Assembly: GCA_043228905.1 (NCBI GenBank)
Contig: JBHGNT010000020.1
Span: 13,640,001-13,704,000, forward strand
From: Azolla caroliniana
Lineage: Eukaryota; Plantae; Polypodiophyta
Direction of reading: 5' to 3'
Length of the DNA: 64,000 nt
The position numbers were made by a program, and so were the translations under genes. Below, piece after piece: positions 50,301 through 61,738 of this stretch. Each line of letters opens with the position of its first letter. The stretch's first letter is position 1. The notes beneath the pieces were generated by a model. It searched no databases and was not told the origin of the DNA. It was given only the letters and a program-made list of their open reading frames with translations.

Positions 50301-52771
50301 CGCCTAGAGACTGATGCGGCATTGGGCCACAGACGTCCGAATGGACTAAATCGAGAGGTCTCGTTTCTCTTGGTGCTGATGTCGGGTGTGATGCGGCTAC
50401 TTGTTTGCCATACTGGCAATGCTCGCAGAATTGATGGTCCGAGAAGGAGAGTTTGGGGATGTATCCGGCTCTAGATAGGTGCGTGATGCCGGCCTTGCTG
50501 AGGTGTCCCAGTCTTCGGTGCCATAATGATGACACAGGAATATCCACCAAGAACAGGTTACCCTCTCTGAGCGTAACATGTAACGGATACAGGGAGTGTA
50601 TCTTAGGTCCTCTAGCAAGCAGGAGGTTCCCCCTGTGGAGTGTCCACCCTCCCGAAGAGAAACCGGCACGAATGCCGTCTTCATCTAGTTGTCCGACTGA
50701 GATCAATGGCCTTGAGAGCTCGGGTACATGTCGGACATTGTGGAGTACAAGTGTAGAGCCACCTGCAAGGTTGAGCTCTACTGTGCCGATTCCGATGATG
50801 TCACAGTGTTGCGAGTTACCGACCCGAACTGAGTCGGAGTGACGGATCGTGTATTGCCGAAATTGGGATCGATGAGGAGTCACGTGAAATGACACGCCCG
50901 AATCTAAGAGCCATGTGCTCGATTCTTCAGTCGTGAGTAGAACTTCTGATCCGACTGGATTTTCGATTGATAGTATATTCGGGTCGTCCGGTAGTACATC
51001 AGCTGAGAAGCTGACGTAATTGATCTCCTCATGCCGGCCACTCTTCTTGTTGTTCTTGTTCTTGAGTGCGCGGCAGTCGGCTTTGATGTGTCCGGGTTTC
51101 TTGCAGTAGTTGCAGATTCGGTTATCCCGTGACTGGCTCCGTCTTCGCTGATTGTTCGGCGGTCGTGAGGAATCTCTTCCTCGTATGTTCGATCGGTCTG
51201 TCGAACCTTGTACTACATAAGCGTCTTCTGTTGAGTCTTTGCCGAAAGACTTTCTCCGAGCTGCTTCGGTTAGGATTGCGCTCGTGACTTCGGAGTATTT
51301 AACAGCCGTGGTTGACGCGTTGCACACAGTTGTGACGAAAGTTTCCCATGATGAGGGAAGGCTGCTCATGAGTATCATTGCTCTGAGTTCATCCTCGATT
51401 GCCGTCCCCTGAGATGAGATTTGGGAGCTGATGCTTTCGTACTCATTGAGGTGTGCCTGAACCGAATCGGATTCTTTCATCCGCAAGTTGTAGAGGCGCC
51501 GGATCAGAAACATCTTCGTTGCGGCGACCTTCTTTTCGTAAGTGTCCGACAGTGTTTTCCACAGTTCGAATGCTGTCGTACACGATTGCACCGTAAAGTA
51601 TACCGATTCCGATAGGTGCATCCGAATCGTGGCGCGGACGATTCTGTCCAGCTTCTGCCACTCAATTGGTTTGTATCCTTCTGGAGGTTCTTCATTTTCG
51701 ATGGGATCGATTTGCCCCTTGACTATGAGATAGTCCTGCATTTGCTCCTTCCAGAAGTTAAAGTTCGATCCATCGAACTTTCGTAGACTCATTTCTGACG
51801 AGCCGGATGTTGATGCCATCAAATTCGGTTTTGGTTGACGAAGCTCGGTTCAGAGTTGACTACGAACCTTGTTGGAGTGCAGCCGGTTGGCTCACCCGAT
51901 ATCGTTCTAGTCGGATTTGAACCCGAGTCGGTTCGGCTTCGGAACTTGCTCGAATTGACTCCGGTAGCTTGAGGGACAGAACCGACTGGTCTTCCCGAAT
52001 GTTGCCGAGTCGGCGTGAGCCCGGTTCGCTTCGGATATATATGCCGAATACCGATAATTGAAACCGATTATCTGGACCGATTCTGCTTCGGGTGGCTGCA
52101 GCGACGAGAGAGACAGATCCAACTGATCCTCTCGAATGTCGATCAGCCGGATGAAGCACGAATTGGGGTTGTTGTCTTGAGACCGATCTGCACCGAGTGG
52201 TTACAACGAGCAGCGTTTGGTGACCTCTTCGGTTGCCGTTTAACCGAATGGAGCACGATCGTGTCAATGATGCACAAGGGGATTTCACCTCGAACGGTTA
52301 CGATCACACGGAAGAGAGTACAACCTGTGGGCTTACTCCAAGCAAGAGGATCTAACGCGATGAGGTGCAAACCTCGTTTTTGTTCTTCTTCTCTCTTTCT
52401 TCGAATGACGCGGATACTGTGCAGGCCGAGATGAAGTGAAGAACCGAATGCTGTGCAGGCGGTGATGACGGCCGAACCTCGCTCTGATACCAGATGTTGG
52501 AAGCGAGGTCGTTAATGCGGAAGATCTTGAAGCATTCTGTTCTGTTCAGTACCTGCGTATGAGAGATTGTAGGTCGTTGCACAGAGAGAGAGAGAGAGAC
52601 ACAAAAGACTTTCTTATTGCATAAACAAAGAATACAACAACCAACCTCACAAAGAGGTTACAAGGTCACTATATATAGTGACCAACTTAGGGCAACTACC
52701 CTTTATGCTAATTACATAAATGGCCAAAACGGGATAGTGTGAATACGTCCATTATACACATGTATTCGACA
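47336..52771 (-). mobile_element. Intact Ty1/copia LTR retrotransposon; LTRs 47336-47612 and 52495-52771 (277 bp each); TSD ACACA
   Basis: TG...CA LTRs that appear identical. PBS TGGTATCAGAGC (tRNA-iMet) at 52492-52481, PPT GGGGGAG at 47619-47613, ACACA at 47331-47335 and 52772-52776. Confidence 0.98.
47806..51819 (-). CDS. Copia Gag-Pol polyprotein (Gag, zinc knuckle, protease, integrase, RT, RNase H), uninterrupted
   Basis: Motifs CNYCKKPGHIKADC, WLLDSG, LWHRRLGH, VHSDVCGP, NGIAERMNRT, YKARLVAKGF, YVDDMLI and KHIDVRYH. Confidence 0.97.
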   Translation of the reverse strand: MASTSGSSEMSLRKFDGSNFNFWKEQMQDYLIVKGQIDPIENEEPPEGYKPIEWQKLDRIVRATIRMHLSESVYFTVQSCTTAFELWKTLSDTYEKKVAATKMFLIRRLYNLRMKESDSVQAHLNEYESISSQISSQGTAIEDELRAMILMSSLPSSWETFVTTVCNASTTAVKYSEVTSAILTEAARRKSFGKDSTEDAYVVQGSTDRSNIRGRDSSRPPNNQRRRSQSRDNRICNYCKKPGHIKADCRALKNKNNKKSGRHEEINYVSFSADVLPDDPNILSIENPVGSEVLLTTEESSTWLLDSGVSFHVTPHRSQFRQYTIRHSDSVRVGNSQHCDIIGIGTVELNLAGGSTLVLHNVRHVPELSRPLISVGQLDEDGIRAGFSSGGWTLHRGNLLLARGPKIHSLYPLHVTLREGNLFLVDIPVSSLWHRRLGHLSKAGITHLSRAGYIPKLSFSDHQFCEHCQYGKQVAASHPTSAPRETRPLDLVHSDVCGPMPHQSLGGASYFVTFIDDSTRKVWAYPIRTKDRVFSIFSDWLAMVENQTDRKLKCFRTDNGGEFKSEEFVKFCRQRGIRRELTAPHSPEQNGIAERMNRTIQERLVSMLQHSGLSDGFWAEALLTAVHIINMSPSRPLGLQIPQELWIGSKPNYDKLRIFGCEAYALIPKDDRRKLAPRSRKCIFLGYGSDGEMGYRLWDPERRQIVRSSDVVFNESAMNPSVEKPIEVRRVTFSDVPTLQEGPALNTRSASRVAEPYTTDSDNSDSAQQNNPLSDHPTTIPDATSPIMPRRSERLSQPPERYSPGIFFTDAGEPTSYEEASTSVDSATWHLAMESEMHSIRANKTWDLVELPRNRRALPCKWVYRLKETSDSTTPKYKARLVAKGFRQEYGVDFDEIFSPVVKMTTLRFLLGVVAADNLELIQLDVKTAFLHGDLDEEIYMEQPKGFVATGQEHLVCRLRKSLYGLKQAPRQWYKKFDDFIQSIGFSKSDEDHCLFTNTAQDGSPIFLIIYVDDMLISGRHAGELADLVRQLRLKFAMKDLGPARHILGMKISRHRDKRHLFLSQTDYIGRVLERFNMQSAKSASTPLPMNLRLSQRDCPTSGPEGEDMKSVPYAPAVGSLMYLMVATRPDISHAVGVVSRFMHNPGRSHWNAVKHVFRYLAGTKDHGILFGPNRTSGVVGYTDSDFAGCIDSRKSTTGYCFKFGNGAISWKSKLQECTATSTTEAEYVAASDAAKEALWLGRLAHTFRQVDHDSAPVVYSDSQGVVALSKNPVHHNASKHIDVRYHFVRDCVISGKIGLEKISTTDNVADGMTKCLSADRFRSLRHQMGVTTNQSG

Positions 52772-53937
52772 ACACAATCGTGGTGGACATCCCTGACTTA
52801 CATAATATAGAACATTGTCAATCATGATAAAATTTCGGTTTAATTGTGCATCATGACTTGCCTGAATTTGTAAGATAATTTTTTGTAGTGTGGGGTCTTG
52901 TTGTTGCATCTATTTTATTTGATGTTGATGTAGCAGAAGATTAGTCACACTTACTTGAGCAGCTTGATATTCCATCCGTGAGAGGGCATCTGCCACGACA
53001 TTGGATTGGCCACGTCTATAGATCATCGTGAATTTGTATTCTTGCAAAGCCAGAGCCCAACAAAGGAGTCTTCCTGGTGGTTGTGTCTTCTGAATTAGGG
53101 ATATCAATGGCTGATGATCTATCTCCACCTGCACCGTTGTGCCATGTAGGTATGGATGGAATTTTTGAAACGATCATACTACAGCCAAAAACTCCTTTTC
53201 AGTTGTTGAATAATTTTGCTCTGATTTTGTTAGTGCATGACTGATGTAAGCAATCGGGTGCCATCTATCATTGTCATCTTGTTGCAAAAGGACTGCCCCA
53301 ATTCCAAAATTGGAAGCATTTGTCTGTAGACGGAAAATCTTGTTGAAATCAGGGAATGCTAATGTTGCTGCTGAGGTAATTAATTGTTTGATTGTCTGAA
53401 ACTTTTCTCGCACTCCTCAGTCCACTGGTATGTCTGATCCTTCTTTAATAGGTTTCGTAATGGAGTTGTAATTGTTGCTAGACAGGGAACAAACCTGAGT
53501 GAAAAATTCACTAATCCTAGAAAACTCTGTAGGGACTGGATGTTGGATGGCTTCGGATATTCCGTGACAACTCGTGTCTTTGTTGGATCTAGTTGTATTC
53601 CTTGTTCTGATATCATGAACCCTAAAAATCGTAGTGTTGTTGCACCCCACTTACATTTCCTGAATTGCAATTGCAGGTTGTATTTTTGAATGCGGAGGAG
53701 GACTTCACGTAATATTTGAATGTGTTTTGGCCAGCTATGTGTGTGAATCAATATGTCATCTAGATAGACCAAAACAACACCTTGAAAAATCAAGTCTTGG
53801 AAAATATTGTTTGCCATCCTCTGAAATGTGCTGCCAACATCTGATAGTCCAAATGGCATGCGCTTAAACTGATACAATCCGTGTTGTGTTCGAAATGTTG
53901 TTTTATGCTTGTCTTCTTTGCGTAGAGGAATCTGACA

Positions 53938-55574
53938 TATGTTCCTAATGGTTCTTGTTGCCTTCGAGTAGTCCAAAATTGTCATGACACATATACAATT
54001 GGGAATTTTGGTAGTACTAAAACATTAGATTTAGTACAACGATCATTCTGGTGGCCCCATATGCGACAATTTATCGAAGATTTTGTTCGGACTTGTGATA
54101 TATGTTGCAGAGCAAAAATGCCAAGGCATCATCCATATGGTTTATTAGAACCATTACCAATTCCAAGCAAGCCGTGGCAATCCATTGCTCTAGATTTCAT
54201 CACAAATCTTCCGATCTCTAAGGGATTCAATGAGATCTTAACAGTAGTAGATCGATATACGAAGATGACCCATTTCTTGCCATGTACTAAGGAAATCTCC
54301 AGCGAAGAAACCACCGAAACTTTCATGTGTGAAGTATGTTGGCATCATGGCCTTCTCGATAGTATCATCAACGACTGTGGACCCCAGTTTGTCTCGAAAT
54401 TCTGAAAGCACCTCTTTAAAATGCTCAAGGTCACTTGTATCCTCTCCTCTGGCTACCACCCGCAAACAAACGACCAAGCAGAACAAACAAATAAAACGCT
54501 GGAGCAATATCTTCGGTGCTTTCTAAGCTATCATCAAGATGACTGGGCGGATATTCTCCACTTCGCCGAATTTGTGTATAATAACTCTGTCAACTCATCA
54601 ACAAAGGTTACACCATTTTATGCTTATACGGGCTGTCACCCCCGGTGGTGTGTATTTGAAACCCCAGAGTTACCCACAAATCCTTGCATAGAGGATCGTT
54701 TGGAGCGGTTACGCAAGATACAAGCGGATTTATCTACTCATCTACAACAAGCTCAACCAACACACAAGGTTTACGTGGATCGTCATCGGATTCCATCCAG
54801 TTTTAACATATGAGATCGGGTATGACTACTACGACGACACATCAAGACTACTCGCCCATGCGAGAAGTTGGATTATCAGCAATTAGGTCCTTTCCGTATT
54901 AACAGAAAAATTAATGATGTCGCTTTTCGTCTCGATCTACCTCCACAACTTCGGATACATTCGATGTTTCATAATTCTCTCCTCAAACCCTATCAAGACA
55001 ACACCATCCTAGGTCGTATTAAACAACCTCCACCCCCGATCGAACTTGAAGATGGACTTGAGTACGAGGTTGCCACCATCCTCGATTCCAAGATTGTTCG
55101 CAACAAGCTCTACTATTTAGTCGATTGGCTAGGATATAGTCCCAACGAGCGTACTTGGGAACCAATAGAGAATGTGACCAATGTTCGTGCTCTTCTTGAA
55201 GACTTCCATCGTCAATATCCAGACAAACCAGGTCCTCAATCCAAAACGAATCATGACACTCATCGTTTTAAAAGGGGGATAATGTCATGATATGACAAGA
55301 CTCAAACCCATGACCTTATGTTACGTGGGTCGAACTCTTGACCATTAGACTATATGTTGTAATACAAAAAATATTATTTTCATTTAAATTTTACTATAGA
55401 AAATTGATGTATATTCCAGATTTCTCTGGAACATTCTAGAAACTTCAGGAGTACTCTTGAGAACACTATAAAAGGAGGCACAAGGCATTATTTCGAACCA
55501 AATCGGTTCAACGCCAGTCTTAAGCCTCCTAGCCATCCTTGTATATCTTTTCACATAATATATCGCTGTCATCA

Positions 55575-55611
<37 letters not shown>

Positions 55612-55702
55612 CTCTCGAGTGTTATACACCCTCTTTTCCTCTTAGTAGTAATATTCATCTATTAGTACTAATTTCCTCTCTGTCTCAGTACTATTCCTGA
55701 CA
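53938..55702 (+). mobile_element. Chromovirus (Tcn1-like Ty3/gypsy) 3' fragment B: integrase, chromodomain, PPT, LTR 55283-55702
   Basis: Motifs FWWPHM..CDIC, PWQSIALDFIT, GYHPQTN and the chromodomain YEVATILDSK...YLVDWLGY...TWEP. PPT aaaaggggga precedes an LTR bounded by TGTCA...TGACA. Confidence 0.9.
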
Positions 55703-57700
55703 ATATTCTCGTAGTCGACGTAATACCTGACGAACATGTTTATCATGCTCCTCTTCAGTCTTCAAGTAGATCAAAATGTCGTCCAGGTAAACTATAGTCA
55801 CGATATCAAGAAAATCTCAAAAAATATCATTCGCCATATGCTGGAAAACTGCAAGTGCATTTGTGAGACCGAATGGCATCACAGTATACTCGAAATGTCC
55901 ATAGCGAGTGCGAAAAGTATATTCCATTCATCCCATGTACGAACCGAACTAGATTATATGCAACACGAAGGTCCAATTTTGTGAAATATTTTGCCCCACT
56001 GAGATGTTCCAAATGGTTCGAGATCAATGGTAGAGCATATCTATTCCAGATAGTCACTTTGTTTAGCCCTCGATAATCCACGACCAACCGAAGAGACCCA
56101 TTTTTCTTCTTAACAAAGAAGATAGGTGCACCAACAAGGGATCTAGAGTGCCAGATGAATCCGTTTGCCAGGTTCTCATCGATATATTCCGGCAAAGTCT
56201 TTAGCTCTATAGGTGAGAGATTATAAATTGGCCCCCATGGCGGTTCTTTCCTTGGTTGTAAGTCAATAGGGCATGGCCTATGCTTTGGCAATGTATTTGC
56301 CTTCACCTTATCATAGACGTTTCAGAACTCTTTGTATTTTTTGGTAATTGGACGTCCGACTCTGGTAAGACGGGTGATGGGTTTGATGGAGTCGCTACGA
56401 TCACAAATACGAACATGTCCTTGTTCCCCCCTTCCTCACATAATTGATGGAGAGAGATGGTTGATAACTTATGGGATCCATCATCAAACATCGGAGTGTT
56501 GAGGGATGCGAGTGTAGTTCTTTTTCCTTGGGACTCCTCAATTGTTTTCATCCAATCAATCTTCGGGTTATGTAGTTCAAACCAAGGGAGACCTAGAACT
56601 AATGGGTGTTCTGGACTACGAATAATGTTGAAAGAGATTATGCTTGCCAAATCACCAAGAACTACACGAATTGGCTCGAACTCTTCGACTATATGACCTG
56701 ATGCTATGGGACGGCCATCAATGACTTCTACGGCTACTGGGTTCGGGAACTTATTCAAGAGGATGTTTTGTGTCAATGCAAACTCACGATCCATGAAATA
56801 AGAGTTGGCTCCAGAATCTAGGAGGGTAGAGGCTAGGACTTGATGACATGTATATGTGCTCAACTCAACTTGTGCAGAGAAAACTCAACTAAATTGATTT
56901 GATGAAATGGAACCACGACTAGGAACTAACTCTACATATTTAGGATGGTCTAACCAAATGGCTCCTATTTTGGCCAGACTTACTCGTTTAACACATCCTC
57001 TAACTGGCTCAAGACATCGAATCTATTCTCATGGCATGGACTATTAGGCTTACTTATGTTATTAGAAGTAATAATGGACCTTGAAGTAGGGTTGTCTTGT
57101 GCACTTACTTGGTATACTTGACATCTAGGTTTATGTGGACAATTCACGGCTATATGTCCCGGACCCCACAATATAGACATAAGCGGTGTGCTCGACGTCG
57201 TTGCTTCTCAGCATCCGATAAGAGCCCTCGACGTTGTGTTGACTCTATTTCCATTGGAGTTGGGTCATCCCTCATGATGGGTCTAGAAACTTGTGGAGGC
57301 GTTGCGACTATAGAAGCGTACGTTTGTTCCGGTTGGCGGCGTAACATTTGTTGGCGCTCGGAACGTCGCTCAAATAGGTGATTATCACATCACACAGCTC
57401 GACTAATTGCCTTTGTAAGAGACTTCGGATCTTCATGGAAAGTAAGAAGAAGATCTTTGACATCATTAAGCAAACCTTGAAGGAATTGATCCATTAGAGC
57501 TGCCTCATCCCAAGGGATATCACATGCCAAGAGACGGAAATCGGCTGCGTAAGCCAACGCAGGATGATCTCCTTGTCGAAGCCTTCAAATCTTGTTTATT
57601 GTCATTCTAGTGTTGTCGGTGTCTCCGAAGTTAGCTTGAAACTCCTTAACAAATGCCTCAAAATCCTCCAACAACGGTGATTTCTTCTCGAGGAGTGGTG
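55703..57700 (-). mobile_element. Chromovirus-type Ty3/gypsy 5' fragment C: gag, protease, RT (decayed)
   Basis: PTPMEIE..LCLYCG knuckle, LLDSGANSYF, LGLPWF, APIFFVKKKNGSLRLVVDYRGLN and YLDDILIY; cut at 55703 by the LTR of fragment B. Confidence 0.88.
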
Positions 57701-57711
57701 CAAACTGAAAT

Positions 57712-60200
57712 TGGGAAGCCCTATGCATATTAGAAGAATCCCATGTAGAATTCGTTTGGCCAGATTTAACTTGGTGACATCAGATAAGCAACTTGGATTT
57801 GATGTCAACAACAAATGCGAAAGTATCTCGATGGATTTTATTGTTTGAGCTCATCTTCTCCTATACCTCATGTGAATAACAACTCATGTGAAGAGTTCTC
57901 CATCGAAGAATACAATGTCAATAAAGATACAGACAATGAAGGTAATGCCAACGAAACATCGAAGATCATGGGCGGTCAACCTAACAACAACGTAATTGAC
58001 TCTAATGTGGTTGCCCCTATTTCTATTCAAGAAAAGAAATCGGGAAGCCCTATGGATATTAGAAGAATCCCACGTACAATTAGTTTGGCCAGATTTAACT
58101 TGGTGACATCAGATATGCAACTTGGATTTGATGTCAACAAAACATTTTGGGCTCGTGGCTATATGTCAATGATTGGGAAAGCAACATTGCGAGTATTAAG
58201 GCGTTACTATTTTTAGATGATTGGTGATGAGCAAGACACTTACCTCGTCTTACATATGTAATTGGTGTCTGACAACTCTTCGGGGATCAAAGTATCATTC
58301 GAGTATTATATCTTCCTTGCGCAACAAAAATATGTAGAGTTGCATTCAAAATTGAGCTATGTGTTAGTAACATGCGGCTACATAGAGTACAACAACGTCT
58401 TCTTAGTGCGGATTTGACTGTCAATTGTAAAGAGGTTCCAAGTATGAAAGATGCAATTGGAAGACATGCTATTGGTTGGATGAAAATTTACTTTCAGTTA
58501 AATTGTGAAGTAGTCCCACTACAGGCAGGAGTCACCTCTCTGAATAATTACACACGTTCGGAAGTTTATGATGTCTACTGATAAAAAATGCTTAGCCTAT
58601 TATCAAGTGATAAATATGTAACATGTACAACCAACTGACAAGATTGTGGAGAACATTGTTTTCAAATGTTATTATTGTGCGTAAAGTACGCATGGGGTAT
58701 TGCTCGATTTGTGCGAATCTTAAAAGTTTGGCTAAAGGTGCGAATACAACAATGGAAAAGGATATGAGTAAGAAGTTACTACATGATCATCGTGAGGGAC
58801 AATCGTTAGAACGAAAGAAGGCGATGCATCATAGAGAGAAGTGTTTGAAGAGGCTCGAACAATACATGTGCTTCATGATCGATGGCATGGACCAGAAGAA
58901 GACGTGCTTACCGCATATGCGGAGGCTCCCCAAAGACATCAATGATGAGTGCCTTGTTCAAATGCACTTGGTGGGATGCTTGGCTTAGAATAGGTTAGTT
59001 GGACCTCACGTCTTCATTTTACATACCCCAATGTTCACAATGAGCCTAACCTAATAGTTACAGTGATTCACCGAGTTTTGGTGTCTTGGGGTGAGCCGTT
59101 CCCCCGTGTTCTCTACATTCAATTGGACAATACTGGTAGAGAGAACAAAAATTCAACTGTGTTTGGCTATCTAAGTATGTTGATCAACCAAGGATTGTTT
59201 AGAAAAGTGAAAGTCAATTTTCTTTTGGTTGGCCACACACATGATCATATAGGTAAGATGTTTAGCACATTCTCCAGACAGTTGTCTCGGCATGATGCTT
59301 TCACATTACCTACACTATTTGATTTCATTTGTGATGCATACACACGACGCCCAAAAGTGTTACACTTGAAGGAGGTATATGACTTTAAGATATATATATA
59401 TATATATATATATCAGATGGGGGTGTTGAGAATGTTAAAGTGCTCACCCAGTTAAACAATATAAGCTTCAATCACATTTTTATGATAAAGAAAAATGAAA
59501 TAAGTGGTTCTACGCTTTTGTATGCCAAGCAATATTCATCTTCTCCAAAATGGGAACCTGAAGGCGGTTGCCAATTCTTACTTTGTATGCCGAGTACAAT
59601 AACTGTCTATGGAGCTAAACAAATGCCAATTGAGAAGAAAGGACAATTGCATAGTGACTTGGTAGAAGAACAAAAACACTTATGGATCCAAGCCTTAACA
59701 GAGAAAAGGAAGCATATTGTGGCTGCAAAGAAATATGCCGCACAACAAGACATGTCATGGTGGGATGTATTCTTTAGTGATGAGGAAGGAATTATTAAAA
59801 AATTGTGTATCTGGTGATAATTGGACTTTGGAAATGTCATGCACATGGTCGCTACAATAGGATCGTGTAAATAAAACTCCGGAGCAACCAACTAACACGA
59901 TTAAATTTGATAGTTTGGTCCATCCACAACAAAGAGACATTTATGTGGGACCAAGGATGACGAAAACAACTGAAGCTAGATGGCAAGACAATTTGCAAGA
60001 GCTCGGGCTGAGGATGTTGATTGCAACACCTGCTGATGACAACTCACAAGGCCACCAATTTTAGATTGGTAAAATTGTAGAAGTGCCAATGCATGAAATA
60101 GAAAACACGATCAAGTCTATAAAAGTGTATTGGTACAAGACTAGAAGTGAAAATGCTTTTACGGGTAAGTATACATTGGCGATGATTGAATGCCCAATGA
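57712..60200 (+). mobile_element. Decayed DNA transposon with Sola-like DDD transposase
   Basis: Motifs CSIC, MIDGMDQKKTCLPH, LYIQLDNTGRENKN and FLLVGHTHDHI..MFS; stops and a (TA)n expansion at about 59390-59412. A ~100 bp direct repeat lies at 57712-57810 and 58042-58140. The superfamily assignment is from motif recall. Confidence 0.7.
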
Positions 60201-60424
60201 TTGTTTTGATTTCTTTCGATTCCTATGAATATCATTTCTTATAAAAGAGAAAAACATTGGCCGTAAAGTTTGTGATATAAATTGAGAATGTAACTTTTTG
60301 AAATTTCACTTTTTAAATTTAATTTTAAATCACGAAAATGGTGGATTTTTAACCTTTTTCATAGTATATTTGAGAATGTATGATAGTGGTATGAATGTGT
60401 TTAGTAATATCACAGGAAAAATAC

Positions 60425-60692
60425 TCAAAAGGGCATATATACAAAGAAAAGGGCATACATACATACATACATTTCTCCTTGTAGTCCAACGTCTTTATAC
60501 CTGTGTTCACACACATACACACAAAAGACACATGCCAAGGAAAAACAACATACAAAGAAAAGGGCATACATACATACATTTCTCCTTCTAGTCCAACGTC
60601 TTTATACCAGTGTTCACACACACACACACACGTGACACACAAAAGACACATGCCAAGGAGAAACAACATACAAAGAAAAGGGCATATATACA
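60425..60692. repeat. About 120-bp tandem repeat (about 2.3 copies)
   Basis: catacaaagaaaagggcatacatacatacatttctcctt.tagtccaacgtctttatacc... repeats. Confidence 0.85.
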
Positions 60693-61223
60693 TGATATAT
60701 ATAATTATAAACTTTATAGCTTTTCTGCTTTTGCTTTTGGCCCTAAGCTAATTCGGCGCTCAACCGACTCCCAATCGGCTGTATGCTCAACCGACTCTCA
60801 ATCGACCTTTGGGGCTCTCAGCCGATTCCATGTTGTGGGCTCCACTTGAGTGGATCGGCCCAACACAATATGTCGTCTAAACACACACATACACCCACCA
60901 TACACACACAATCACGCACATTGTATCCTACTCCAAAAAACACGTTAAAAGCGTAATGGAGAGAAAATAACCGATCGTGCGGTTGAGATTAGATCTGTGG
61001 AGGTGTGTTCCCCGGTCCGATGGTTGACACGTGGGATATCAATTGGAACCTAATAAAAAGAAATACATAATTATAATATTAACACATATTAAACATAAAG
61101 TCTGCGTGCGTGTTTGTGTATGTATATATATAAGAAATGAGAGGCCCCAAGTTTCTTCATTCTTCATTCGATTATTCAAACAGCAGCAGCAGAAGAAGGA
61201 GAAAGTTAGATAAAATCCCAAAA

Positions 61224-61707
61224 ATGGCCGGCTGTGGAGCTGTTGCACTTCTCGCTACATACTGCATTGTAACCATGATCTTCTCATCATTCCATATGGC
61301 AATGGCTATGGCTATGGATGGGATAATGGCGGGCCGATACAATAATATGGCCCTTAACCGGCGTCACGGCCCCTCGCCCGGGCCCATCGGCACGCCATCT
61401 ATTCCTCGCTTCAGCACTACTACGCCTGCCCCGGCCGGCATTAGTCCGATCGAGGCCGAGATTCGGCTGCGCCCGGACATCGTGCTGCCCAATGCCACGG
61501 GCCCCGAGCGGCTGGCCGCATTGGCCAAGCACGATGCCATGAGGATCGCGGACCTCAACACGAAGATCAACAACGCGATCGTGGTGCGGGAGGCCGGGAA
61601 CAAGTTGGCATTCGCGGGCGGGGCAAGCTTCGAAGTAAACGCGGGCATCGGTCTCTTCCTAATGGAGGTATATAATATATCTTCTTTTCCATAGGTTTTC
61701 TGCTGTT

Positions 61708-61738
<31 letters not shown>

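Larger units (their letters stand above)
45683..53936 (-). mobile_element. Decayed Ty3/gypsy element A (RT 53936-53380, RNase H 53400-52900, integrase 47335-46350, PPT and 3' LTR about 46096-45683), interrupted by the copia element
   Basis: Motifs [45 protein letters not shown] and SDQGSQF. PPT aagggtgagg is followed by TGTCATG...CATAACA. The frame PPRLC|VPEALR continues across the copia insertion. Confidence 0.88.

Noticed and set aside
51860-52434. Extra ORFs (142 and 139 aa) in the copia leader
   Set aside because: Non-ATG starts, no recognisable domain, and a GC-balanced untranslated leader where such frames arise by chance.
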